A stretch of DNA of 64,000 nucleotides from an uncultured Verrucomicrobiota bacterium (GTDB lineage Bacteria > Verrucomicrobiota > Verrucomicrobiia > JABWAM01). The notes under the pieces were generated by a model. The model saw only the letters and a list, made by a program, of their open reading frames with translations, was not told the DNA's origin and did not search any database. The stretch is from the NCBI GenBank assembly GCA_964475835.1, contig CAYYYL010000002.1:49910-113909 (forward strand), given 5' to 3'. Made by a program: the position numbers and the translations under genes. This document shows, in pieces, positions 29,398 to 39,259 of this stretch (position 1 is the first letter of the stretch; each line of letters starts with the position of its first letter).

Positions 29398-32300
29398 TCA
29401 GTAACTGGGAACTGCGTTTTGGGCGATCAGTTGGGCTGCTTCCGTGAGACCGTTCAGACGGGCCAGCGAGGCTTCGGCCTGTTTGCGTGCGCGTTCCTGC
29501 TTCGGATGACGGATATGGCGGTATCCTGTAACTTTTTCCGGTGCCTTCAAAATTTCCAGCCAGAGTTGATATTCGCCCATGCTGGAATAGTGAAAACGGG
29601 GAAGAAGGTTTGCATACCATTCACGAAATTCACGTTCCGCACGATGCCACGCAGGAAGTAATCCTCGGAGAAACTTCAGTCGTTTCATGATATTGAGCTG
29701 CCAATTTTGCGTCCGAATATCGAACTCGATTTTAAATCGTCCGATGTCAAAGCGAGGACGGTTAATGTGGCTGTAGGTCATGCGATCGCCACGGGATGGG
29801 TCTACATCGTAGCGTTCCCGGTCACGATCAAGCTTTTCAGGATTCGTGAGAAGGTGTGCTACGAAGATTTCATCCTTGATCAGCATAACTTTGGCTAGGT
29901 TCCAGATGACCGCCCGGGTGGCGGCATGGTTGTATTCCGCGGAATCCCTGGAGAAAACGACTTTCACCTGGTCCAGATACCGTTTGGCATACGCTGTATT
30001 ATCGAACCAGATCAAATCAGCGACACGCGTTGCGATGTCACGCAAATCCCCTTCAGAAAGGAGCAGGGTTTTGGCCGCCTGTTCCATGAGGTGTTTATAG
30101 TCTGCGGCGGCACGTCGGCGGTTCGGATGGAATTTTGCCAGATAATCCGCCTTCCGTTCCACAAGATCCGCATATCGCATGGAAGAGCGGTCATCGGAAA
30201 ATTCATGAGGGTTGAGCACGGTCTTCCGGCCAAACTGAAACGCTTTGATGTTTTCGCGGGCTGCACCACCCATGGTTTGCTCAATGGCCCAGATCAGGCT
30301 TTCGAGTTTTAGAGGAAGCAGGCCGCGTTGATAGGCTGCTCCGAGAAGCATGACGTTGGCGAAAAGTTTATTTCCAAAATATTTTTCCGAAAGTCGCGAG
30401 AAATTATGGCCAAAGTACTTTTCCCGCCGCGTGTAACATTGCATGGTCGCCTCAAGCTCCGAGGGATCAAAATCGTCCCGTCCGAGAAGTGTGAGGATGG
30501 TGGGGGTTTTTTCCGTATTCAGGACAGCCGTGGTGTGGGCAGGGCTTCCCACTCTCTGGTTGTTAGCGGGATCAATTCCACGCACTGCTTCCAAAACGTC
30601 TATTCCGAGAATCAGATCCGCTTTGCCGTAGGGAATCACATTGGAGGTCAAGGCGCCTTCTAGAAGATAGGAGATCTGCGAATAAACCCCGCCGTTGCGA
30701 ATGGCGAGTCCCTTTTTGTCGCAGAATAGAACGCGATAGCCTTCCTTAAAACCTGCCCGAACGAGCGTTGCGGTTGAGACTCCAATGCCCATGCCACCAA
30801 CTCCAGCAAGGTAAGCGTGCCAGGCTTCTGATACGGAAACTTTGTCGAGGGGCTCGGGAATGTGATCAAAGTCGATAAGTTCAAGCCGCGGGGCAGGAGG
30901 AGTCTTTCGATGAACAACAACCTCCTCAAAAGACGGACAGGCTTTGGTTTTGGCGCACGCCGTATCCGCGACGCACCAGGATAGGTCTGTCTGGACCTTA
31001 ATTCCATAAGGCGTATCGGCGAAGGTCAGGCCCGGGCATCCCGTGGCTTTGGTGCATTCGAGGCAGTTTTCACAAACTTCGGGAGTGATGTTGACGTGGC
31101 GCTTCTTCCCAATGAAACCCTGACTTTTGATGGTCTTGCGTTCTTCACGCATTTCCCGGCGGTGAAAGGTGATGCCACATTCCTTGTCGGCGATGATGAT
31201 TTTGACCCCATCCCGAAGGATGGTTTCCTCAAGGGCTTTGCGATAACTGTCACGATAAGCGGGATTGACTCGGAGCACTTCGGCAGGGCCCTCTCCGAGC
31301 ATGGCATCGAGGATGCGGTCCATGTTCTGCTGAAACTGGGGATCACCCAGGAGATCGACATCCTCGCCAGGAGTCGTCTGATGGCCTGTCATGGCGGTGG
31401 TCTGATTATCGAGAATGACGTAGGTGATATCTTGTCCCGACCTGATGGAGTTGGATATTGAAACCTGCCCGGAGTGAAAAAAGGTGGAGTCGCCCATGAA
31501 GACGACCTGTTTATTCGTGATGAAGGGATCGATGCCGGCGCCGGTTGCTCCGCCGAGGCCCATGCCTGAATAGTTGTGCATGAGCTCCTTGTTGGGTTCG
31601 AACATGAGCATGGTGTAGCAGCCCGTATCCCCGTGAAAGAGAAGATCCACGGGATCCTTTCGATGAACCCGGCGCATGTACCAGGCGTTTCGGAAATCTT
31701 TTTTGATCTCCAGTAAAACGCTCGAGGAATCGCGATGCGGGCAACCGGGGCAGAAACTGGGAGTTCGGTCGGGGAGATCCACGTCGAACGTTTTTGTTTG
31801 GCGGATTAGGGAAAGTTCCCGTTCCACACGGGGAGCGGCATCCGCAGCCCCGGTCTTCAGGAGGACAGGGCCCAGGAGTTCGATCAACATGGAGGGACTC
31901 AGTCCAAGGGTTGAGGGGATGGATCCTCCACCAGGCAGTTCCTTGCCCCAGACCGTCTTCAGCTCCGGGATCAGGTTCCGTGCGTGAAGGGAATTCACAA
32001 TGGAGGTAATCTGTTCTTGGAGGAAACCACGACGTTCCTCGACGACGATCATTTGCTGAACCTGAGAGGAAAATCGTTCAATGACGTGAGGGTCCAGCGG
32101 ATAAGTCAGTCCAAGTTTGAGAATGGGAAAACGGCCCTTAAGTCCCATTTCAGAAAGCGCATGTTCAAGGTAGCAATAGGCAAGTCCGGAAGTAACGAAT
32201 CCCACGGAGGCGTTTTCCTTGGGGTAGAGTAATCGATCCACTCCGAGAGCCGCCGCGGCCTGCCAAAGTTGAAGCCGGCGGTCTTCAAGTTGCTCCTCCT

Positions 32301-33000
32301 TCATTCCCGTTCGAGGCGGAAGAAGAACCGTTTGGTCCACAGGGATGCTTGCGGTGTGAATCTCTCCTGGGTTGGCGGTACTGACATCCGGGCGATGATT
32401 CTTATGGACGCGAACGGATCCTCCGCCATCCGCCTGATTCGTCGTCACAAGGTAGGCGATGTAAAAACCTGAAGCACGGGAGAGCTTGAAACCGGTACTG
32501 ATCCAGTCCTTCAGCTCCTGTGGGTCACTGGGCTCGATCACTGGCATAAAGAGGTGCTTGGCAAGGAATCGCGAATCCGCAGGCACCTGGGTCGAATCAC
32601 TCCAGGGATCGTCCCCCAGGACAATGAGTGCCCCACCGTTTTTATGGGCGCCGGCAAGGTTGCCCAAAGCGAGGGCATCCGCCGCCACATGAACCCCCAC
32701 GCTTTTCATCACCGCGATGGAACGAAGTCCCATCATCTGAGTGCCGTTTACCATTGCCACGGCGAGCGCTTCGTTATTGGCAATGGTGGCCCGGATGCCG
32801 TGGGATTTCGGGATTTCGCGAATGGATTCAATGATGTCAAAAAAGCCGGCAACAGGGGAACCCGGATAACCGGTCCATAAATGGGTTCCTCCCTCGACTT
32901 CAAGCAGTCCTTTTACAAGGAGTTCACACCCTGTAAAAACCTCAACGCCATCCTCTTTTAGAAATCGCGGATCGGTCTTAGCCGCAAGGCTTTTCGACAT
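29398..33000 (-). CDS. Indolepyruvate:ferredoxin oxidoreductase family protein with fused alpha and beta halves (2-oxoacid:ferredoxin oxidoreductase)
   Basis: About 1200 aa. It has a TPP-binding region (GDSTFFHSG) and a 4Fe-4S ferredoxin region (CENCLECTKATGCPG). The ORF-track start at 33318 is extended. The ATG at 33000 (MSKSLAAKTDPRFLKEDGVE) matches the family's N-terminus. Confidence 0.8.
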   Translation of the reverse strand: MSKSLAAKTDPRFLKEDGVEVFTGCELLVKGLLEVEGGTHLWTGYPGSPVAGFFDIIESIREIPKSHGIRATIANNEALAVAMVNGTQMMGLRSIAVMKSVGVHVAADALALGNLAGAHKNGGALIVLGDDPWSDSTQVPADSRFLAKHLFMPVIEPSDPQELKDWISTGFKLSRASGFYIAYLVTTNQADGGGSVRVHKNHRPDVSTANPGEIHTASIPVDQTVLLPPRTGMKEEQLEDRRLQLWQAAAALGVDRLLYPKENASVGFVTSGLAYCYLEHALSEMGLKGRFPILKLGLTYPLDPHVIERFSSQVQQMIVVEERRGFLQEQITSIVNSLHARNLIPELKTVWGKELPGGGSIPSTLGLSPSMLIELLGPVLLKTGAADAAPRVERELSLIRQTKTFDVDLPDRTPSFCPGCPHRDSSSVLLEIKKDFRNAWYMRRVHRKDPVDLLFHGDTGCYTMLMFEPNKELMHNYSGMGLGGATGAGIDPFITNKQVVFMGDSTFFHSGQVSISNSIRSGQDITYVILDNQTTAMTGHQTTPGEDVDLLGDPQFQQNMDRILDAMLGEGPAEVLRVNPAYRDSYRKALEETILRDGVKIIIADKECGITFHRREMREERKTIKSQGFIGKKRHVNITPEVCENCLECTKATGCPGLTFADTPYGIKVQTDLSWCVADTACAKTKACPSFEEVVVHRKTPPAPRLELIDFDHIPEPLDKVSVSEAWHAYLAGVGGMGIGVSTATLVRAGFKEGYRVLFCDKKGLAIRNGGVYSQISYLLEGALTSNVIPYGKADLILGIDVLEAVRGIDPANNQRVGSPAHTTAVLNTEKTPTILTLLGRDDFDPSELEATMQCYTRREKYFGHNFSRLSEKYFGNKLFANVMLLGAAYQRGLLPLKLESLIWAIEQTMGGAARENIKAFQFGRKTVLNPHEFSDDRSSMRYADLVERKADYLAKFHPNRRRAAADYKHLMEQAAKTLLLSEGDLRDIATRVADLIWFDNTAYAKRYLDQVKVVFSRDSAEYNHAATRAVIWNLAKVMLIKDEIFVAHLLTNPEKLDRDRERYDVDPSRGDRMTYSHINRPRFDIGRFKIEFDIRTQNWQLNIMKRLKFLRGLLPAWHRAEREFREWYANLLPRFHYSSMGEYQLWLEILKAPEKVTGYRHIRHPKQERARKQAEASLARLNGLTEAAQLIAQNAVPSY

Positions 33001-33075
33001 ATAGATCCGATTATGCCACGCGCCGAAATGGATGGCAAACAGGATATTCATTGTAAGAGTAAATAACTGGACAGT

Positions 33076-34410
33076 TTGACATATGAACGAACTTTCCCTA
33101 CAGAAGTCTCTATGAGGGAACGACTTCGAGACGGAACTCTTATTGCCCTGGCACTGTTGACCTTCCTTGCGCCACTCAAGTTTAATTTGCCGGTCATTTT
33201 TTATCGTAAGGAAAACTGGCCGAGCACCCTGGCTGAGTGGGTTTTTATGGCATGGCCAAACCTCCTTTTTTATGGGGTCTGGCTTCTCGTCCTTTTTATG
33301 GGATGGAGTACCTTCCACCGTGCGGACTGGCAGGGGAAGTGGATGCGATGGGCATGGATTTTTGCGGGGGGGCAGGTTCTGGCGACGTTGGCGAGTACGG
33401 ATTCAGTGATGAGCTGGTTCGTTCTCCTCCTGATTTTCAGTCTGGTATCGGGGTTCTGGTTTGGGGGGGTATTAATCGACAGTTCAAAGAAACGGGACTG
33501 GATGCTGTTGGCCTGGACTCTTGCGAGTTTGATGGTCGTCTGGAAGGGGGTGTCGGATGCAACAGGTGGATTGGAAGCCACTCGACAGTATTTGAGGGAT
33601 CATCCCGAAATCGCGGCGGAGAACCCGGGGTTGTGGCATAAGGTTGAAAGTGATCGGATTTTTTCCACATTCGTTTATCCAAATGCTCTGGGAGGATACC
33701 TCATTAGTGCGGGGTTCATGGTTGTGGCCTGGGCTTGGGCCCGGGCGCAGGGATCGAGAAGGGCACCCGTTGTTCGGTATGGCGTGGCTACCACGGTATT
33801 GATTCTTCTGGGTTATTGCCTTTGGAAATCCGGTTCCAAAGGATCTTATGCGGTTTTGGTGATCACGCTGGCCATTGCCCTGAGTTTACGGGTGGTACAG
33901 ATGAAAAAAGTGGTGATGTTCCTGACAATTCTTCTTCTTTTATCATCCGTTTTTTTTGCCGTCGGATATGGCCGGACGGCGGTGGAAAAGGGAAAAAAGA
34001 CCCTGGAAGCCAGGCTGGACTATTGGAATGCAGCCGCAAGGATAGGATGGGATCACATTTTTTTTGGCACGGGCCCTGGCACGTTTGGAGTTTGGTATGG
34101 AAAATACAAACCCCGGGAAGCGGAGGCGTCGCAACTCGCTCACAACACGTATCTGCAAATGTGGTCGGACAGCGGAATTGTGGGATTTGTGACCTTTATC
34201 CTGTTCCTTCCAGTGGCCCTGGGCAAAAACGCCTTGCGGTGTATGAGGCTGGGCTCATTTTCAGATGCATGCATTTGGTGTGCCTGCGTTGCCTTTGCGA
34301 TTCACTCCCTTGTCGATTTTGATTTCTATATGGTCGGAAATGCGTGGCCCGTTTTTGTGATGCTGGGTTATCTTTGTCGGCGGTCTCATGCCCCCCTTGC
34401 AAACGCTTGA
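33076..34410 (+). CDS. O-antigen ligase (Wzy_C)-like polytopic membrane protein
   Basis: At least 10 transmembrane helices. The periplasmic loop AHNTYLQMWSDSGIVGF matches the O-antigen-ligase signature. An alternative start is the ATG at 33112. Confidence 0.6.
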   Translation: MTYERTFPTEVSMRERLRDGTLIALALLTFLAPLKFNLPVIFYRKENWPSTLAEWVFMAWPNLLFYGVWLLVLFMGWSTFHRADWQGKWMRWAWIFAGGQVLATLASTDSVMSWFVLLLIFSLVSGFWFGGVLIDSSKKRDWMLLAWTLASLMVVWKGVSDATGGLEATRQYLRDHPEIAAENPGLWHKVESDRIFSTFVYPNALGGYLISAGFMVVAWAWARAQGSRRAPVVRYGVATTVLILLGYCLWKSGSKGSYAVLVITLAIALSLRVVQMKKVVMFLTILLLLSSVFFAVGYGRTAVEKGKKTLEARLDYWNAAARIGWDHIFFGTGPGTFGVWYGKYKPREAEASQLAHNTYLQMWSDSGIVGFVTFILFLPVALGKNALRCMRLGSFSDACIWCACVAFAIHSLVDFDFYMVGNAWPVFVMLGYLCRRSHAPLANA

Positions 34411-34547
34411 ACTGCAAGGTGATCCGATTGGAGGTGCGGCTTTTTTAATGAATAACGGTTTTTTGAATTTCCTTTCCCCTGTTGGATTGACAGAAGTCTG
34501 AAGTCGGACAAGATTAGAAGCTTACATCGGGCATAGGGCCGTCCGGC

Positions 34548-35711
34548 ATGCAACAAATGAAAACCTTTAAGCTTTCCAATCTCGAAGCCAATCGCACCGT
34601 GCGCGGGACAGGAACGAAGGGGCGTTCCCGATCCGCTGCCCTGGACGGGGTGTTTCCAACTGGGCAGACCACGCTGCGAAGCACGTTTCGATATAAGATC
34701 ATTCGAAAGCTGGGGGATGGGGGAGCGGGATGTGCTTTTCTCGCGCATGAATATGACTCCCTTGATTCGTTTCGAGCTGTTGCACTCAAAATGCTGCATA
34801 CGCCTGAGGACGCCGCACTGAAGGAAACCTTCGTGCTTGAAGCCAAAATGATGCGGCTGATGAATCACCATAATATCGTCCAGGTTTATGGGTTCGAGCG
34901 GGGGACGACACGTTTTCAAAAAATTCTCTCCACGCTTGGCATTGCCGAGGCCTACGAAGCCTTCATGATCATGGAATATATTCCAGGATTTAATCTTGAG
35001 GGATTCGTTCGTCTTCACCAGCAAAAGAAAATCCGGGTTTTTCCCCAAATCGCCGCCTATATCGCTTCGCGTGTGGCTCGCGGAATCGCGTACGCGCACG
35101 ACTTCAAGTATCCAGGAATTTCCGCCCACGGGGTGATTCACCGCGACATCACGCCCACCAATGTCCTGATTCAAGAGGATGGACCTGTCAAAATCACCGA
35201 CTTTGGAATCGCCTATCCCTACGATCCCACCAGTCGAAATCCCACCATCTGTGGCACCCTGAATTACATTGCCCCGGAGGTACTTTCCGGTGCGAAACCG
35301 ACCCGCGGGTCGGATGTTTATGGTGTCGGTCTTCTTCTGGAGCTCATGTTGACCGGGCATCCCCGGTATTCCATTTCCGGTCAACCCGCCTCCTCGGTCG
35401 CGGTTCGTGAGCAAAGGGAGCGGATTCAGAAATATGCATTCGATCCTAAGATGTTTGATCGGGTTCCAACGCGGCTCATGGAAATTTGTAAAAACGCCAC
35501 CACCACTCGCCCTGAGATTCGCTATCAGGCGGCAAATGACCTGGCTCTGGATCTGGAGCTTTTTTTGAGGGATTTTGACTGTGTGCTGAGTCCCCAACAG
35601 ATGGAGCTCTATATCGATTGTATCCAGTCCCCTCTGCCTGGCGCTTATCGGAAGAGGGAATTTATTATGATTTGCGGCAAGGAAACCATCGACTTTCAGC
35701 CTTTCGTCTGA
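34548..35711 (+). CDS. Hanks-type serine/threonine protein kinase
   Basis: Glycine loop LGDGGAGCAF, the VALK lysine, the catalytic loop HRDITPTNVLI, DFG, and the GTLNYIAPE activation segment. Confidence 0.85.
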   Translation: MQQMKTFKLSNLEANRTVRGTGTKGRSRSAALDGVFPTGQTTLRSTFRYKIIRKLGDGGAGCAFLAHEYDSLDSFRAVALKMLHTPEDAALKETFVLEAKMMRLMNHHNIVQVYGFERGTTRFQKILSTLGIAEAYEAFMIMEYIPGFNLEGFVRLHQQKKIRVFPQIAAYIASRVARGIAYAHDFKYPGISAHGVIHRDITPTNVLIQEDGPVKITDFGIAYPYDPTSRNPTICGTLNYIAPEVLSGAKPTRGSDVYGVGLLLELMLTGHPRYSISGQPASSVAVREQRERIQKYAFDPKMFDRVPTRLMEICKNATTTRPEIRYQAANDLALDLELFLRDFDCVLSPQQMELYIDCIQSPLPGAYRKREFIMICGKETIDFQPFV

Positions 35712-35718
35712 GCCCCCC

Positions 35719-36564
35719 ATGGTCCGCTCCTCGATTTTCTATGAAATGCACATGCATACGCCTCTTTGCAGGCACGCCACCGGGGAGCCTGAGGAGTATG
35801 CAGAGGTGGCCTTTTCGCGAAATCTAAAGGGGATGGTGGTGACGTGCCACAATCCTTTGCCTGGGGGTTGGGGGGCTGCCAGTCGAATGAGGCTCGAGGA
35901 ATTTTCCATCTATCAGGAAATGGTGTTGCGCACCCGCAAAACATGGGAAGGACGGGTTGATGTCCGACTGGGCCTGGAATGTGATTACGCGCCGGAGCTC
36001 GAACCCTGGCTCCGAAAACAACTTGATGGTGTAAGCTTCCACCATGTGCTTGGGTCAGTCCATCCCCAGATTCCTGATTACATGGACGCGTACTTTCGGG
36101 GCGACTGGTTTGCGTATCAGAAGACCTATTTTGATCACCTCGCAAGATCTGCGGAGTGCGGGTTGTTTGATACGCTTGCGCATCCCGATTTGATCAAAAA
36201 TTTATCACCTGAGGAATGGCGCTTGGATCGCATTGCTCCATTCATTCTGGAGGCGCTGGATCGCATCGCCCCGACGGGGGTGGGAATGGAATTGAACACG
36301 TCGGGGCTGAACAAGGCGATTCGAGAGATGAATCCCTGTCCCTGGATGCTTCGTGAAATGCGGGCCCGTTCCATACCGGTTACGATTGGAGCGGATGCTC
36401 ATCATCCGGGGAGGGTGGGGAGCCATTTTGAGGAGGCTCTTTCCATGCTGGAACAGGCAGGTTACGAGAGAGTGGGAATCGTTCTGGATCGCCAGCGAAT
36501 CGAGTTTCCCCTGGAAAAGGTCCGGCGTAGCCTTCAACCGATCAGTGCGTCAACTGTTTCGTGA
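35719..36564 (+). CDS. PHP-domain phosphoesterase of the HisJ/HisK histidinol-phosphatase family
   Basis: The N-terminal [19 protein letters not shown] matches the HisK H-x-H-T..C.HA.G..EEY motif. It lies 8 bp downstream of the kinase. Confidence 0.65.
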   Translation: MVRSSIFYEMHMHTPLCRHATGEPEEYAEVAFSRNLKGMVVTCHNPLPGGWGAASRMRLEEFSIYQEMVLRTRKTWEGRVDVRLGLECDYAPELEPWLRKQLDGVSFHHVLGSVHPQIPDYMDAYFRGDWFAYQKTYFDHLARSAECGLFDTLAHPDLIKNLSPEEWRLDRIAPFILEALDRIAPTGVGMELNTSGLNKAIREMNPCPWMLREMRARSIPVTIGADAHHPGRVGSHFEEALSMLEQAGYERVGIVLDRQRIEFPLEKVRRSLQPISASTVS

Positions 36565-37900
36565 GTTGGTTGATCGCCTGCTTCAGGCCGCTGTCAGTTT
36601 TGAGACGTTCGTCCACCAGCCTGCATGCGTGGATGACGGTGCCATGGTCCCGTCCGCCGAACACCTCGCCAATTTCGTTCAGTGAGGAACGCGTCATGAT
36701 GCGGCAGAGATACATCGCCACCTGGCGGGGGAACGCGATGTTTGCACTCCGACGCTTGCTAGTCATATCCGCGAGACGAATGTCAAAATATGCTGCAACG
36801 CGTTTCTGAATGGTTTCCGCAGTCAATGCCTGCTTGCTCTCCTCAATCAAAATATCCTGAAGCTCGTCCTCCACTTCAGCGACTGTCAGCGGGCGGGCTT
36901 TGAGTTTCGTGGAAAACCAGACCTTGGCCCAGGCACCCTCGAGACGACGCACATTCGTTTTGATGTGATGAGCGAGAAATTGAAGGATTTCGTCAGGAAT
37001 GGGGACCTGGCTGTGTTCCTGTTTCCTCCGAAGAATGGCGAGGCGGGTTTCCTCATCAGGAAGTTGAAGTTGAACCGTAAGACCCCACTCAAAGCGTGAC
37101 ACAAGGCGTTGTTCGAGGTTTGAAATTTCAGTTGCAGGCCGATCACTTGAAAGCACGATCTGTTTCTGGGCTTCGAAAAGAGTGTTGAAGGTGTGGAAGA
37201 ACTCCTCCTGCATCTGATCCCCACGACCTAAAAAGTGAATATCATCCACCAATAGAATATCGCAATTCCGGTATTTTTTCCGAAATGGAACAAACCGTTT
37301 GTTCTGAATTGCATCCACAAATTCATTTACGAAACGTTCCGTGGAAACATAAGCGATCTGACACGATTTATTCTGGCTTACCAGATGGTGTCCGATGGCA
37401 TGCATGAGGTGGGTTTTCCCCAGTCCCGTGGCTCCGTAGATGAAGAGGGGATTGTAAGCCCGGCCAGGAGACTGGGCCACAGCGGAACATCCGGCATGGG
37501 CATACTGATTGCTCGGACCCACGACAAAGTTGTTGAAGGTGAAGGCTGGGTTGAGAATGTTGCGCTCAACGGACGGCTTCATGCGGGCCGGAGCCGGGGT
37601 GGGCGTCCAACTTTCCGCAGGTGGTGTTTTGGCGCTAACAACCTCGGTATCCTCATTGCGGATGAAGCGAAAGGTCATTGCTTTTCCGGAAATGGCGCTC
37701 AGCGTGTCCCTTAGAAGATCGCCGTAATTGTCCTCCAACCAGTAGCGATAGAGATTGGAAGACGCCTGGAGGCAAATGCAGTCGTTTTCGATGTGAGAAG
37801 CTCGGATGGGGTCAAACCAGCGTTTAAAAACTTGCGGGGCAACAACTTCGTTGAGCCGTGTGGCGGTGCGTTTCCAAAGATCCTGCGGGGAAGATTCCAT
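36542..37900 (-). CDS. dnaA: Chromosomal replication initiator protein DnaA
   Basis: 452 aa. Walker [11 protein letters not shown], Walker [10 protein letters not shown], sensor motifs, and the domain IV DNA-binding helix-turn-helix ([10 protein letters not shown]). Confidence 0.95.
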   Translation of the reverse strand: MESSPQDLWKRTATRLNEVVAPQVFKRWFDPIRASHIENDCICLQASSNLYRYWLEDNYGDLLRDTLSAISGKAMTFRFIRNEDTEVVSAKTPPAESWTPTPAPARMKPSVERNILNPAFTFNNFVVGPSNQYAHAGCSAVAQSPGRAYNPLFIYGATGLGKTHLMHAIGHHLVSQNKSCQIAYVSTERFVNEFVDAIQNKRFVPFRKKYRNCDILLVDDIHFLGRGDQMQEEFFHTFNTLFEAQKQIVLSSDRPATEISNLEQRLVSRFEWGLTVQLQLPDEETRLAILRRKQEHSQVPIPDEILQFLAHHIKTNVRRLEGAWAKVWFSTKLKARPLTVAEVEDELQDILIEESKQALTAETIQKRVAAYFDIRLADMTSKRRSANIAFPRQVAMYLCRIMTRSSLNEIGEVFGGRDHGTVIHACRLVDERLKTDSGLKQAINQLTKQLTH

Positions 37901-38668
37901 GGTCGATTCGCTAGTTATTCACAACAGGATGAGATTTCCCGAGTTGGTTGATGGGGGTGAAACAAAAAGGGCAGAAGGGTGGTACAGGGATGGAGATGAT
38001 GTCGATTGAGGCAAAAAAGGGATGGTGTTGCTGGCAAAAAGGTCGATATTTCCCTTAACAAAATGAGACCATTCCGGAAATTAGGCTTCCGAAGGGAAGC
38101 ATTTCCCAAAGAATAAGCTGAAAAGGGGAAGGATGGGAGTGAGTACCAACGGAAGATGCAGACTTTGACATCCGGCTGGGTTGGGGAGTTTTCAACAAGT
38201 TATTCACAGGGTTGGTTTGAACTCACTTTTTCCGCTTCGCGGCCATTTTAGTTCCAACTTTAGTTCCAACTTTTTTCAGCACAAGATTTTTTTGATCTCG
38301 AAGAAAATTTATTTCGTAAACTTGCAGTATGATTTCTTGCGGGCTCAACGGGAATAGAGAAGGCGTAAAAAAAAACCAAGCAAAATTGATTCAATTTGGA
38401 GATTTTCTATGTTGACGAAAAAAAATTAAATTGTGGGAAAGGATGGGCTGTTTTTTTCTAGGGGATGAAGAAGTTTAAAAGATTTTATATTTATGATTTA
38501 ACCGGTTCCGTGTGGGAGTCTTGATTTTGGGTTCCCTTCGGCCGGAATTAAAGATGAACGGAAGGGCAAAACGAAAGTGGCAAGGCAGTCAAGAAATGAA
38601 CATTGTCTTGGCGGTTGGGGAGGGGGTATATTGAAACTGGATTTCATTTTTTGAAGTGGTGTTATTTT
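37901..38668. other. Candidate chromosomal replication origin (oriC) or dnaA regulatory region
   Basis: This is the longest non-coding stretch in the window (~770 bp) and lies immediately upstream of dnaA. It is AT-rich, especially at 38290-38500. Two identical 11-mers AGTTATTCACA at 37913-37923 and 38198-38208 each contain TTATTCACA, which matches the E. coli DnaA box (TTATCCACA) at 8 of 9 positions. There is also a 12-bp tandem repeat and several A and T tracts. Confidence 0.45.
38248..38271. repeat. Perfect 2 x 12-bp tandem repeat (TTAGTTCCAACT) inside the candidate origin
   Basis: Read directly from the sequence. Confidence 0.9.
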
Positions 38669-39235
38669 ATGCAACCCAAGAAAATTCTTGTGCTAACGAT
38701 TTGCTTCATTGTGATGGGTATTGCTTTGGGGTCTGTCGTCTACCGTCTTTTCCCTAAAAAAATTTCCAACCGCCACGTGAGTGAAGCCATGGGGAAAATA
38801 TTTGCGGTTGAGGTCTCGAAATATTTGGGTGATGGGAGTGTCTGCGTGGTGATTCTTGAGCGTCCTGGAAAGTCTCAAAATGATACGTTTCTGGAAGCGT
38901 TGAATGGGACTTCGATTCGTCTTGAGGGTGTTGAGAAAATTGTTCCCGATGAAATGGGATTATACGGACGTGGGCCGTTTTCAAAGGAAATGTTTCTTCA
39001 GTTTTTGAGCGCCCACCCCAATGTTTCAGCCATTGTTTCCTTAATCGGCCCTCCCAACGACCTTGAACAGATTTCGCCCCAACCCAATCGACCCAAGTTG
39101 ATGGTTTTCAGTAATCGCACGGCACAACTTGAAGACCTTATTCGTGCGAACTTGGTTCAGATGGCCATGGTGCCCAAAAACAACGGGGGAACTGAATACG
39201 AAGTCCTTACCGAAAGCTCCCTTCGGGACAAGTGA
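38669..39235 (+). CDS. Hypothetical membrane-anchored protein (N-terminal TM/signal anchor, 188 aa)
   Basis: MQPKKILVLTICFIVMGIALG signal-anchor. The ORF-track start at 38603 would place coding sequence inside the AT-rich origin-like region, so the ATG at 38669 is preferred. Confidence 0.4.
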   Translation: MQPKKILVLTICFIVMGIALGSVVYRLFPKKISNRHVSEAMGKIFAVEVSKYLGDGSVCVVILERPGKSQNDTFLEALNGTSIRLEGVEKIVPDEMGLYGRGPFSKEMFLQFLSAHPNVSAIVSLIGPPNDLEQISPQPNRPKLMVFSNRTAQLEDLIRANLVQMAMVPKNNGGTEYEVLTESSLRDK

Positions 39236-39259
39236 GGCGAGGAGGCTTTGCGGTTTTCC

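Noticed and set aside
33167-33641. Several 80-134-aa ORFs on either strand within 33076..34410
   Set aside because: They are overlapping alternative frames of the O-antigen-ligase-like polytopic membrane protein gene.
34386-35720. 444-aa ORF on the minus strand
   Set aside because: It is fully antisense to the Hanks kinase gene, which has unambiguous catalytic motifs. The minus-strand product has no recognisable motif and is an artefact of GC-rich codon composition.
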